In this document: positions 16,688-26,184 of the stretch, one piece after another
Layout: each line of letters starts with the position of its first letter
How positions within the stretch are numbered: the stretch's first letter is position 1
Virus record (IMG/VR): IMGVR_UViG_3300036868_000046
Span: 14,783-78,782 of that record
From: a virus
Taxonomy: Duplodnaviria; Caudoviricetes
Length of the DNA stretch: 64,000 nucleotides
Reading direction: 5' to 3' (one strand)
The notes under the pieces: model-generated
Seen by the model: only the letters and a program-made list of their open reading frames with translations
Told to the model about the DNA's origin: nothing
Databases searched by the model: none
Translations under genes and position numbers: made by a program

Positions 16688-18151
16688 CTACCGGCTGAAG
16701 ATGCCGGTGTAGAGCTGGTTGGGGTTGTCGAACGCCGTGCCCGCGCCCGGAACGGCCTTGGTGAACGAGCGCGCGGGGACCGGGGTGAGGAAGTTCTGCG
16801 TCGGGACGCGCTTGACGAGCGCGCCGGTCGACATGCCGCCCAGCAGGTCGTTGCCGAGCTCCTCCTCGATGCCGAGTTCCTCCTCGAGCCCGAGCTCCTC
16901 CTGCACCCCGTCGCTGCCGACGGCCAGGTAGTCGGAGAGCGTCATGCTGTCATTGATGGGCGGCACCGCGCCGACCGCCAGGTAGTCGCCCATCTGGACG
17001 TAGTCGCTCATGCCGACGAGCGACTTGACGCTCGCGGGCGCGAACGCCGACACCAGGGAGTCGAGCGCCGACAGCGCCGCGCCGATGAGCAGCTCGTTCT
17101 TGTGCTTGGCGATGATCGACACCTTCCCGGACAGGAAGTTGAGCCCCAGCATGGTGCCGACCGCGAGCACGGGAGAGGTCAGCGACCCCAGCGCGGACAC
17201 GCCCGGGATCATCGGACCGATCTTGCTCGCGACCAGCCGCGTGCCGTACATGCCGGCGAGCACCGGCACGGCCCGCTTGGCCAGATCGAGGATCATGTTG
17301 CCGGGGTTCCGGCGGTAGTGCCGGCGGCGCGGGTTCCGGCGATAACGCCGACGCGGGTTCCGGCGGTAGTGCCGGCGCGGGTTCCGACGATAGCGCCGAC
17401 GCGGGTTCCGACGGTAGCGCCGGCGCCGCCCCGGATTCATGCGGATCGTGCGCGCGCCCGCTGAGGTCAGCATCACGACCGTCTTGGCGGTCTTGCTCTT
17501 GCGAGGACGCGCCTTGCGGGGACGCGCCTTGCGGGGACGCCCACGCTTGCCCTTGCCCCTCGCCTTGCGGGGACGCCCACGCTTGCCCTTGCCCCTCGCC
17601 TTGCGACTGCGCGCACCGCGCCGCATTTGCGCATGGCGCCTGGTGCGGCCCATGCGACCGAACTTGCCGGACGCCCGACGCGCGCGCCAGCGCGCCTTGG
17701 CCTTGCGCGACAGCTTCGCGCGGGTCTTGGCGCTCATGCGCCGCTTCTTCGCCATGCTGGATTTCCTTCCGGCCTTCCGGCCCTTGCGTGTTCTGCGGCG
17801 AGCTGACGCCTCGGCCGCGAGGATCAGACGGTCTCGTTTCCGCTGCCGGTGCATCGGATGCTTGCGCGGCGCCGGACGCGCCACGCCACGCCGCGACGGT
17901 CCGAGGTCATCCCAGATCCGAACAACCCGACGCTTCTTGCTTCGGTGCTTGGCGGCATGCCTGTTGATGCTCGCCGCCTTCTTCCGCACGCGCTCAAGGA
18001 TGCCCCCGGTCGCCTTGCGCATCCTTTTCCGATGTGAGAGCAGCGCGGCACCCGCGAGCGGGCGCCGCCGCTTCTTGGCCGGATTGCGGATCACGGCACG
18101 GCCGGAAACCCGCATCCCGCGCCGGCGACCGTTGACGTAGAGGATGGGCAC
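16688..18151 (-). CDS. Protamine-like Arg/Lys-rich core (DNA-condensing) protein with RRNP repeats, TM segments and acidic C-terminus
   Basis: Very basic N-terminal 290 aa, KARGKGKRGRPR repeats, tandem R(H/R)YRRNP units, then hydrophobic and EEELG repeats. Confidence 0.75.
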   Translation of the reverse strand: MPILYVNGRRRGMRVSGRAVIRNPAKKRRRPLAGAALLSHRKRMRKATGGILERVRKKAASINRHAAKHRSKKRRVVRIWDDLGPSRRGVARPAPRKHPMHRQRKRDRLILAAEASARRRTRKGRKAGRKSSMAKKRRMSAKTRAKLSRKAKARWRARRASGKFGRMGRTRRHAQMRRGARSRKARGKGKRGRPRKARGKGKRGRPRKARPRKARPRKSKTAKTVVMLTSAGARTIRMNPGRRRRYRRNPRRRYRRNPRRHYRRNPRRRYRRNPRRRHYRRNPGNMILDLAKRAVPVLAGMYGTRLVASKIGPMIPGVSALGSLTSPVLAVGTMLGLNFLSGKVSIIAKHKNELLIGAALSALDSLVSAFAPASVKSLVGMSDYVQMGDYLAVGAVPPINDSMTLSDYLAVGSDGVQEELGLEEELGIEEELGNDLLGGMSTGALVKRVPTQNFLTPVPARSFTKAVPGAGTAFDNPNQLYTGIFSR

Positions 18152-18383
18152 GAGATCAACACAAGAGGCACGAGATCACTTAAGTCAACCCCCCATCGTC
18201 GGTCGGCGGTCGTTTTTCGCAGGGCTTGACGCTCTCATCGGCGTCGATCAGCGCGTTCAGGCGCTCCGCCTTCGCTCGGAGGTCAATGTACGAATGCAGT
18301 GCGCGTACGCACGCGGCCTCGGTACAACTGCCGCGTCCTGACCCACTCCCATCAGCGATGCGTCTCGGTTTCATAAGCAAAAC

Positions 18384-18854
18384 TCAACCCTTTCCGTGTG
18401 GCGGCCGTCGAGTGGACGCCAGGCGGTCGTAGAACCGTTCCAGAACCGTGCCAATCTTCTCGTTCGCGTCGGCAGCCGTGCGGCTGATGAACTCCATGTT
18501 GGCCGTGTACTCGCGCCGCGCCGTGTTCTCGTTCTCGCGCGCCGCCTCGAAGATCTCGCGGATCGTCGTGATGTGGTCCTGCAGCGCCTGGCGGTGCTTG
18601 GCCTCGAACTCGAGCCGCAGCTCGTTCGCGATCTCCTCGCGCGAGCCCGAGAGCTGCGCGCGATCGACCGCCCACTGCGCGCGCTCCTTCGCGACCTCGG
18701 CGTCGTGCTTCTGCCGGTCAGTGTCGAGCTCCGCAATCCGGTTCGTGAAGTGGCGAAACAGGTAGGCGATCACCCCCGCCAGGGCCGTGATTGCAAAGAG
18801 CAGCGCGGCGACGAGGTTGTTCGGGATCCCATCCGCGGATGGGGGTTCAACCAT
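18384..18854 (-). CDS. Protein with N-terminal TM and coiled coil
   Basis: LVAALLFAITALAGVIAYLF followed by a heptad-rich region. Confidence 0.65.
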   Translation of the reverse strand: MVEPPSADGIPNNLVAALLFAITALAGVIAYLFRHFTNRIAELDTDRQKHDAEVAKERAQWAVDRAQLSGSREEIANELRLEFEAKHRQALQDHITTIREIFEAARENENTARREYTANMEFISRTAADANEKIGTVLERFYDRLASTRRPPHGKG

Positions 18855-19350
18855 CGATACCTCGACCGAACACACCGAGCCCACCGCCCCAGATCATCGC
18901 GAGCACCTGCTTGCGCGACTGGATGATCAGCAGGCACTTCCCGTCGGGGGTCGTGTACAGATCTGGATAGGGCTCACGCGACTCCGCTACGACCTTCTTC
19001 CCATCGACGTCCTCGAACGCGAATCCAAGGCTCTGCCCCAGCCGGGTCAACGCCGGCACGTCCCGGAACCGGGCCGGGACTTCGACGCGCGGACCGTCTC
19101 CATCCGCCGTGTAGCAGACGACCCCCGCATCGTGCTCGTGGATGTAGTCGACCGGCCGCTTTGGCTTGCGCAGCGTCGCCGGATCCACCTTGCCGGAGCG
19201 ATAGGTCACATGGAGGTTGCGGCCGGCGCGGTTCAGGTGCGTGGGGATCCGGAACGACGCGGGGAACTCGCCGATGCGGCGCGGCTCGTAGCGATGGAAC
19301 TCGACGTACTTGTCGACGGCCTCCTCGGCCTCTTCGGGGATGCGCTTCAC
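18847..19350 (-). CDS. Hypothetical virion-operon protein
   Basis: GGATGAGG RBS, YVEFH and YIHEH motifs, coupled within the operon. Confidence 0.65.
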   Translation of the reverse strand: MKRIPEEAEEAVDKYVEFHRYEPRRIGEFPASFRIPTHLNRAGRNLHVTYRSGKVDPATLRKPKRPVDYIHEHDAGVVCYTADGDGPRVEVPARFRDVPALTRLGQSLGFAFEDVDGKKVVAESREPYPDLYTTPDGKCLLIIQSRKQVLAMIWGGGLGVFGRGIDG

Positions 19351-19354
19351 CGCC

Positions 19355-20032
19355 TCATCCTTTCGGCTTCAGAAACTTGAACGCGATGAGCGCGCCGATC
19401 GCCGCCAGACCGACCCACTTGTACTTGTCGTACAGCTCGGGCAGCGACGCCGCCACCTTCAGAACGTCCTCGCCCACGAGCAGCGCCGTCGCGCCGATCG
19501 CCTTCACCGCGGTCCAGGCGACCTCGAACCCGCTCTGAAACGCCGACAGTGCGCTCAACCACCAGGGATTCAGGCATGCCGCCACCGAGGCGGTCTGCAT
19601 CGCGTCGGCGCCAGTCTGCAGCGAGGTGATGACCCATTGCTTGAACCCCGGCGCGTTGACGAGTCGGATCCCAGATTGCTGGGCCTGCTGCGCGGCGTGC
19701 GTGTAGTCGAGCGACCGCTGCCCCACGGCGAAGAGGCTATCCGCCGCGGCGTGCAGATCATCGCCGGCGGTCGTGAGATCGGCGAGCACCTGGTCGATGG
19801 TCCCCTGCGCCTTGACCACCGCCGCCATCACCGTGGTGACCCCCGACAAGAGCTCGTCGGGCGTATAGAACCCGGTCGTGTTCCAGTTGTTCGACAGGTC
19901 GTCGATCTTGTCGCGCAGCGGCGCGAGCGTGGCCGTCGCCTGCTGCTGGCACTGCTGGCGCTCCCAGTACTGCGGATCCATCCAGTTCCCGTCGGGCACG
20001 TCCGCCATCGATCCACGCTTCATGTAGGTCAT
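19355..20032 (-). CDS. Helical virion membrane protein
   Basis: MTYMKR leader, amphipathic helices, C-terminal TM followed by KFLKPKG. Confidence 0.7.
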   Translation of the reverse strand: MTYMKRGSMADVPDGNWMDPQYWERQQCQQQATATLAPLRDKIDDLSNNWNTTGFYTPDELLSGVTTVMAAVVKAQGTIDQVLADLTTAGDDLHAAADSLFAVGQRSLDYTHAAQQAQQSGIRLVNAPGFKQWVITSLQTGADAMQTASVAACLNPWWLSALSAFQSGFEVAWTAVKAIGATALLVGEDVLKVAASLPELYDKYKWVGLAAIGALIAFKFLKPKG

Positions 20033-20337
20033 CGCAGCACCTTCCAGGCGACCAGCGCGATCGCTCCGTAGAGCAGCAGGCTACTCGGATCCGAGAACAG
20101 GTCCGCGCCATCCAGGCTGGCGATGCGACCCTGGGGGAGCTCGCCGCTCCCCACCTTCTTGGCCCCCAGCGGCAGCTTCCAGGCAGCACGCGTCGGCGGC
20201 GCCCCCTGCGGACGCCCGTCATCGCCGAGCACCTCGCGCGGACGCGGCGGAGATCCGGCGTGCGTGCCACCCGGCCCAGGTCCGTCGTAGTAGTCGTAGA
20301 CCCGGCGCGTGTAGTCGTATACGGAGTACCGACCCAT
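20029..20337 (-). CDS. Small virion membrane protein
   Basis: MGRYSVY leader, VLGDD motif, C-terminal TM. Confidence 0.7.
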   Translation of the reverse strand: MGRYSVYDYTRRVYDYYDGPGPGGTHAGSPPRPREVLGDDGRPQGAPPTRAAWKLPLGAKKVGSGELPQGRIASLDGADLFSDPSSLLLYGAIALVAWKVLR

Positions 20338-20723
20338 CACCGCCGCTTCTTTTTGAACAGGAACTTCCAGGCGAGGAACGCCCCGACCCCGAGCGTCACG
20401 TAGCCCCCGGGCACCGAGTCCGCGATGTCCGACAGCGCCGCCGACGCCGACCCCGTCTGACAACCGCACGTGCCCGAGCACGAGCAGTTCGCCCCCAGAC
20501 CGGACATCGCCGCGCGCGTGACGCCGATCGGCTCGGGCGCCCCCGGCCGCGGCAAGAGCGAGCTGCCCTCGAGCGTGGAGCCCTGGAGGCTCGTGCCCGA
20601 GAGCGTGCCGCCTGACAGGGATCCGAGCGCCACCGTATCGGCCGCGCGTGATTGGTGGGGGACGTTGCGCTGCCAGCTGAGCAGCGGCGCCCCACCCCGT
20701 TGATAGGCGAACTTCATGGACAT
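20337..20723 (-). CDS. Small virion membrane protein with CxCxxxCxC
   Basis: MSGLGANCSCSGTCGC, C-terminal TM followed by KKKRR. Confidence 0.7.
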   Translation of the reverse strand: MSMKFAYQRGGAPLLSWQRNVPHQSRAADTVALGSLSGGTLSGTSLQGSTLEGSSLLPRPGAPEPIGVTRAAMSGLGANCSCSGTCGCQTGSASAALSDIADSVPGGYVTLGVGAFLAWKFLFKKKRR

Positions 20724-20956
20724 TGCCTCTTCTGGCCGAAGCCTTGGGCCACCGAGATCGGGACCGCGACCACCGGCACGAGCCGCCCCGCCAGGCCGTA
20801 GAACATCGCCCAGAGGATGGAGCCCGTCCGGCGATAGCCGTGGAACGTGAGCGCGATCGCCGATGCCGTCTTCACGCTCGGCGACGTCGCGATGTCATGA
20901 AGGTTGAAAGACGACGTGGTGGTCGTCCCATCCCCCAGCTGCTGGCGGGTGTACAT
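20723..20956 (-). CDS. Small virion membrane protein
   Basis: MYTRQQLGD leader, hydrophobic C-terminal half. Confidence 0.65.
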
Positions 20957-21600
20957 CACTTCCTCTTCTTGCTCTTGCGGAGCACCAAGTAGCCGATCGT
21001 CCCTGCCACCCCCAGAATTGCCAGCTTCTCGACCGGGCCCAGGGTGGCGAACGCGCCGATCGCGCCGGCGTCCGGCGAGGCCACCGTCTTGCCGCTCTTG
21101 GTCACGATGGTGGGCACCGTGATCGCCAGCGGGCCCGACACCTCGGCCGGGGCCCCTAGCGAGTTGGCCAGCGCCATCACCTGCGCCGCCAGCACGTCGA
21201 CGTCCGGCGCCACCCCCATGCAGCTCGAGGTGTCGCCCATGACCGAGCCGCTCGCGATGCCCTGCACCTGGTGAAGGAGCGCCAGCGTCTTGGGCCCCAC
21301 CGCGCCGTCCGTCACGATCTTGCCCCACCCGCGAACCTGCGCCACCCGGTTGAGCTGCCCCTGGAACGCGCGCACGGCGTTGAGCGCGGGGAAGTTCTTC
21401 GCCTTGCACACCCCGCCGATGCTCGAGAAATCGTCCGCGGACGTCGTGGTGCCGCTCGCGGTCTGGTTCACCGCGTCATCGGGCTCTGCGTCCTCGGGCG
21501 CCAGGATGCCCATCCCGAAGTAGTCGAGAACCGATGCCCACCACGGTTGCCCATCGTCGCCGAGCGACTGGTAGACCACCGGAGTCCTCGTGTAGGTCAT
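20956..21600 (-). CDS. Membrane-anchored peptidoglycan-binding-domain protein
   Basis: VRAFQGQLN...TDGAVGPKTLALL (PG_binding_1-like); SLGDD leader; C-terminal TM followed by KSKKRK. Confidence 0.7.
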   Translation of the reverse strand: MTYTRTPVVYQSLGDDGQPWWASVLDYFGMGILAPEDAEPDDAVNQTASGTTTSADDFSSIGGVCKAKNFPALNAVRAFQGQLNRVAQVRGWGKIVTDGAVGPKTLALLHQVQGIASGSVMGDTSSCMGVAPDVDVLAAQVMALANSLGAPAEVSGPLAITVPTIVTKSGKTVASPDAGAIGAFATLGPVEKLAILGVAGTIGYLVLRKSKKRK

Positions 21601-22046
21601 GGCTTGGTCTTCTTCCAGAAGTGGTAGGCCACGATGCCGGCAATGGCGTAGGTCAAGAGACCACCCGGAACGTCGGGCAGGAACCCCAGGCCGCTGGTCG
21701 CCATCGGCGCCGAGTCATCTGGTACGCCCGAGGACAGCCGACGTCCCTGATCGCGCGCCGCCAGGACCGCCACGATGTTGTCTGCCCACGACATGCGCTC
21801 CCAGTCCGGTCCGACGATCTGCCGCAACGCAGATGCCGTAGGCGGGTCCAGGTGGCCGCTGTTGGGCACGCTGGTCGCGCCCATCCGGTAGAGCTCGCGC
21901 TGCAGCTGTCGCACGAGCAGGATGATCTGCGCCGACTTCGGATCCGTCGTCGCGGGAGCGATCATCATGTACGGGATGATCATCGTCGCGCTAAAATCGC
22001 CGATGCCGAGCGACGTCAGAAGGTTGCGTGATGTGACCTCGCTCAT
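21597..22046 (-). CDS. Membrane-anchored protein with PG-binding-like helical domain
   Basis: VRQLQRELYRMG...SGHLDPPTASAL; C-terminal TM followed by KKTKP. Confidence 0.6.
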   Translation of the reverse strand: MSEVTSRNLLTSLGIGDFSATMIIPYMMIAPATTDPKSAQIILLVRQLQRELYRMGATSVPNSGHLDPPTASALRQIVGPDWERMSWADNIVAVLAARDQGRRLSSGVPDDSAPMATSGLGFLPDVPGGLLTYAIAGIVAYHFWKKTKP

Positions 22047-23785
22047 GGCTCCGACCTCTTCCGCGAAGAGAGCAGGATCGCGACCGCCGCGACGGCGCCC
22101 CCTGCGATGAGTAGGGTCGTCGTCAAGGACGACGACGAGGGCGGCGGGACCGGCGCCGGCGGGCGCTGACCGCACGCCTGTTGCGCGAGCGCTGCCCCCG
22201 CCGCGCCCACCTGAGGGGGCGCGCCCGCGGCAGTCGCCGCCGCGGCCGACGCGGCCTGTCCTTGCTGACCACTCAGCGTGCTGTTCAGGACGTCGCACGC
22301 GAGGTCGGCCAGGTCCCGCACCGTGTCCACCACGGCATTGCGCACCGGCATCACCACCGTCGCCGGGATCTGGACCAGCGTGTTCCAGATCGACCCCAAG
22401 ACGCCCGGATCCGGGATCCTCGACAGCCAGACCTTCAACGCCAGCGGATTGGTCGCCGAGCCGACCTGGTACGGGTCGATCGGGTCGAGCATGACGTGCA
22501 TGACCAGGTCTTCGTTCGTCGTCGGATGCTTGGTGCGAACGAGCGGATCGATGCCGGTCAGGAGGTACCACAGGGTGTGCTGCCGGACCGGCGTGTCCAT
22601 CGTGATGCCCATCGCGTCGAACCAGTTCCCCCAGTCCGGCGACGAGCCCTTGCCCTCCTGCGCGATCATGTGCGGATACGTGGTGCCGACGTCCGTCTTC
22701 CCAGCAGCGTCGTGGGCCTCGACGAGCCGGTCGTGAAGCCATCCAAGGACGTCCGCATCGACCGGCCGCATGACGACATTCGCCGAGGTCGTCGTTGGCC
22801 GCCAGTTCGGATCGGGCGATGGATACATGAGGTCTGGGGTGCGGCCAGGGCCCGCCGAGCTCGTGGACCCACCGAACGCCCAGACCCGGTTCTGGAGCCG
22901 GTCATCGAACTGGAACGGCCCGACGTAGAACGCGCCGGTCGGGCGGTTGTCCCGCACCTCGGTCTGCGACGGGTCGACCGTCGCGGCGCCGGGTGGCGCC
23001 CCGCTCGCGCAGAACGGCACGTCCTGCGCGCCTGCCATGGTCCGGGTCCAGTGACCCGGAATTCCCGCGGAACCGTAGACCCAGGAGAACCCGGGGCTCG
23101 ATTGGCAATCCGCGGTATCTCCCAGAACTGCCATGCAGCCATAGCACCCCAGGCCCAGGAGAGATTTTGCCTGGGGTGCCGCGCGTCGCAGACCCGTGTT
23201 GATGACCTCGGCCGCAAGCCCCGTCGACATCGCGCGGCTGATCGCGAGCGGCATGGCCTGGCCGGGGTTCATGCCCTGCGCGATGTACCGCTTCCAGATG
23301 TCCTGCGTCCTCGTCCAGAGGGAGCGGTCGATCTTGTCCATGATCTGCTTGAGCGCATCCTGCCGCTTCTTGGGCGGGACGCTCTTGACCCTGGACAGGA
23401 TGATCTGCGCCGCGCGCTGGCCGTAGTCCTCGTAGGGCGCCGGCAGCTCCGCGTCGCCGAACGCCGAGAGCATCGTGATCTCCCGACCGCCGCCCGGCAT
23501 CCGCGCCGAGCGCACCACCTGCGGATGCTGGTTGAGCCAGTGCGGGATGCGCGGCCCGGCGTACGTCCCACCGGGCGCCCACTTCGTGGTGTAGGTCCCC
23601 TGGCCGTAGCCTTCGTCCATCACGTATTGCGGCACCACGTAGCCGCCCGTCCCGACGTCGGGGTCGTCGTAGGTGCCCCGGGGCACCTGCTTGGTCACGA
23701 ACGCCCGGCGCTCGAGGCCCTCCTCGTCGACGTTGCCCGGAAGGCAGTACCCTGGGTCCCAGGGCTTTGGCAGGTTGTAGGCCAT
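22043..23785 (-). CDS. Large virion membrane-anchored protein
   Basis: MAYNL leader, internal FGD/LGD motifs, C-terminal TM followed by RKR. Confidence 0.7.
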   Translation of the reverse strand: MAYNLPKPWDPGYCLPGNVDEEGLERRAFVTKQVPRGTYDDPDVGTGGYVVPQYVMDEGYGQGTYTTKWAPGGTYAGPRIPHWLNQHPQVVRSARMPGGGREITMLSAFGDAELPAPYEDYGQRAAQIILSRVKSVPPKKRQDALKQIMDKIDRSLWTRTQDIWKRYIAQGMNPGQAMPLAISRAMSTGLAAEVINTGLRRAAPQAKSLLGLGCYGCMAVLGDTADCQSSPGFSWVYGSAGIPGHWTRTMAGAQDVPFCASGAPPGAATVDPSQTEVRDNRPTGAFYVGPFQFDDRLQNRVWAFGGSTSSAGPGRTPDLMYPSPDPNWRPTTTSANVVMRPVDADVLGWLHDRLVEAHDAAGKTDVGTTYPHMIAQEGKGSSPDWGNWFDAMGITMDTPVRQHTLWYLLTGIDPLVRTKHPTTNEDLVMHVMLDPIDPYQVGSATNPLALKVWLSRIPDPGVLGSIWNTLVQIPATVVMPVRNAVVDTVRDLADLACDVLNSTLSGQQGQAASAAAATAAGAPPQVGAAGAALAQQACGQRPPAPVPPPSSSSLTTTLLIAGGAVAAVAILLSSRKRSEP

Positions 23786-23796
23786 GTAGGTTCCCT

Positions 23797-24411
23797 TCAG
23801 GCTGCGATGGGCCAGGAGGACGAGTTCTTGATACGAGACAGCATCTGCGAGGTCTTCTCCGCGGCCACCGGATCGAGCACGATCATGCAGCGCGTGCGCG
23901 GCTCCATCGCACGCGTAAATACGTGCGAATACTGGACTTGGCCGTTGTAGACCATGTTTTGAAAGGCGCAAGTCACAAACTCCGCCCGTCCACCCACCGC
24001 CGTCACCGCCGCCGCCAGCCAGGTCGCCATGTCATCGCAGTCGAGCGATGGGCGGTGACCGGCGAGGATCTGCTGGCTGATGATGTAGGGCGCTCGCACG
24101 AGCTCCGTACGACGCGGGTCGCGCATGTACCGCGTGCGCTGCAGGAGGAAGTGGTAGAGCGCCTGGTACTCGCTCATGTAGTCCTTCGAGTCGAGCCACT
24201 CGCACACGCTCTCGGCGAGCTGCCGCGTCGCGAAGCTGTTCGCGTCGTCGAGCACCGCCTTGCGCATCACCGCGATGGTCTGCGGCGCCCCGTTGTAGCC
24301 GACCCGGCTCGTCGGCACCTGGTCGGGGGTCCAGAACATCCGCGCCCGCCCGTACCCCATGCCGGAGAGCGGGGGAATCGGAGAGCGGGCGGGGTGTCGA
24401 TGGCGGATCAC
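23797..24411 (-). CDS. Transglutaminase-fold cysteine protease (candidate virion maturation protease)
   Basis: Cys-His-Asp triad motifs LDCDD, YSHVF and VLDP; YMRDP...ELV upstream motif. Confidence 0.75.
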   Translation of the reverse strand: MIRHRHPARSPIPPLSGMGYGRARMFWTPDQVPTSRVGYNGAPQTIAVMRKAVLDDANSFATRQLAESVCEWLDSKDYMSEYQALYHFLLQRTRYMRDPRRTELVRAPYIISQQILAGHRPSLDCDDMATWLAAAVTAVGGRAEFVTCAFQNMVYNGQVQYSHVFTRAMEPRTRCMIVLDPVAAEKTSQMLSRIKNSSSWPIAA

Positions 24412-24462
24412 GAGACGACTGTCCTTGGCTGGACGACATCTCGGACCTCGTTCACCGACCCG

Positions 24463-26184
24463 TCATCCGGTGCCGGTGAGCACCTCTCCCACCTTGCGAA
24501 GCCAGTTCTTGCCAGCCTGCGACATGAGGGGTGAGGTACCAGGCAATTTTGCCACCTTGCTCATGAACAAGTCAATGCCGTGCTCCTGAACCCACCCCAT
24601 GACCTCCACCGGCATGTGTGGCCTGGCGCTCTGGGCCACGATCTCCGGCTCCATCCGGTTGGAGAACGCGTTCTCCAGCAGCGACAGCATGGTCTTGATG
24701 GTGTCCGGTTCGATGGCGGGCACCTCGATCTGTGCCCCCTCGCTGGTCGTGACGATCTTGGGCTTGCGCCGCGCCGGCACGACCTGGTTGCCCACCTGGA
24801 TGAACTTCTGCCCGCTCTGGTCCTGCACGACCCGCGGACGCATCGTCGCGGGGTTCTGCATCATGCCCTCGGGCATGCCCGGCTGGCCGCCGCCCACGCC
24901 GGGAATGCGGCTGATGATCTTGCCGATGCCCTCGACGGCCGTGGGGCTCGTGAACGCCTCGACCACCTTGTCGATGCCGGACTTCTCGCCATCGCTCGAC
25001 CCGATCAGGTCCTTGAGCTTCTCGACCTCCTCGATCGAGTCGATGATCGATTTCTCCTTCTTCTCGCGGAGCTCCTTCACGTCCTGCCTGAGCTCCGTGT
25101 TGTCGCGGGTCAGCCGATCGATCTCGGCCTTGAGCGTGTGCGCCTGGACCTCCGCCGTCGTCTTCGCGGCGCTGAACGCTGTCTCGTGCGACAGCCGCAT
25201 CGCCGCGATCTCGCGCTCGTAGCTCATCTTGATCGACGCCGCGGCGTCATCGTGCGAGCGCCGCATGGCCTCGATCGTTCGGTCGTGGCGATCCTCGATG
25301 CGCTTGATGTCCTGCGTGAAGCCTTCCCGGAGCTGGCGGAGCTCGGATTCGTGCTGCGCGCGGAGCGCCGTCAGGCGGGCGCTGTCGCCCGTCATGAGCG
25401 TGTCCAGCATCTTGTCCCGGAACGGGTCGTCCGGCGGCTTCTGGTTGCGCAGCGCCGCGTTCTCGGTCTGGACCGCGTCGAGCTGACGTCGCAGCGCGGC
25501 CATCGCCTCGCGGTTCTGCTCGAACATCATCCGGATCGCGGGATCGATCTCCCGATCTGGCGGGCGCTCGTTCTTGATCTTGAGCTGCTCGGCCATCAAG
25601 TTGAACGCCGCCTTGGCGATGGTCGGTTCCTCATGGCTCATCGTCGGCGCGACGGTGGTCGGCTCGGCGGTCAGCGGAAGATGGTCGAGCCGCGGGTCCC
25701 CGGCGATGGTCAGGTGGCGATGGTTGACGAACTTCCACGAGCCGCGCTCGTTCTGGCGCATCACCTTGATGTGGTACTTGCCGCCGCCGAATTCCCTCTG
25801 GATCTGATCCTCGTCGGGAAACTCGTCGTAGCTGCGCAGGTGACCCTCGGTCGAGACGTCCTGCCCCGTCTTGGGGTTGCGCAGGTGCTTTGGCTCGGTC
25901 CGTCGCAACGCCACGCGAAAGACGCCGCCATCCGCGCTGAGGACCTGCAGCCAGTCACGCAGACCGGACTCCTCCTCGTCGCGAATGCGCTTCATGTTCG
26001 GCGACAGCTTCTCGCGGGCCGGCTCCTTGGCCGTCGGCGGAGCCGCCGGCGGAGGCGTCGTCTCCGCCGGCGCGTCCGGCACCGACTCGAGCGCGGTCTC
26101 CGAGTCAGGGACGGAGCTCGGCTCCGGCTCGTCGTCTGGCGGCTCGACGGGCTGCTCGACCTGCTTGACGGTGGCGCGCTTCAC
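24463..26184 (-). CDS. Large coiled-coil protein (possible scaffold or assembly factor)
   Basis: Pro/acidic N-terminus, long heptad region, helical C-terminal domain. Confidence 0.65.
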   Translation of the reverse strand: MKRATVKQVEQPVEPPDDEPEPSSVPDSETALESVPDAPAETTPPPAAPPTAKEPAREKLSPNMKRIRDEEESGLRDWLQVLSADGGVFRVALRRTEPKHLRNPKTGQDVSTEGHLRSYDEFPDEDQIQREFGGGKYHIKVMRQNERGSWKFVNHRHLTIAGDPRLDHLPLTAEPTTVAPTMSHEEPTIAKAAFNLMAEQLKIKNERPPDREIDPAIRMMFEQNREAMAALRRQLDAVQTENAALRNQKPPDDPFRDKMLDTLMTGDSARLTALRAQHESELRQLREGFTQDIKRIEDRHDRTIEAMRRSHDDAAASIKMSYEREIAAMRLSHETAFSAAKTTAEVQAHTLKAEIDRLTRDNTELRQDVKELREKKEKSIIDSIEEVEKLKDLIGSSDGEKSGIDKVVEAFTSPTAVEGIGKIISRIPGVGGGQPGMPEGMMQNPATMRPRVVQDQSGQKFIQVGNQVVPARRKPKIVTTSEGAQIEVPAIEPDTIKTMLSLLENAFSNRMEPEIVAQSARPHMPVEVMGWVQEHGIDLFMSKVAKLPGTSPLMSQAGKNWLRKVGEVLTGTG

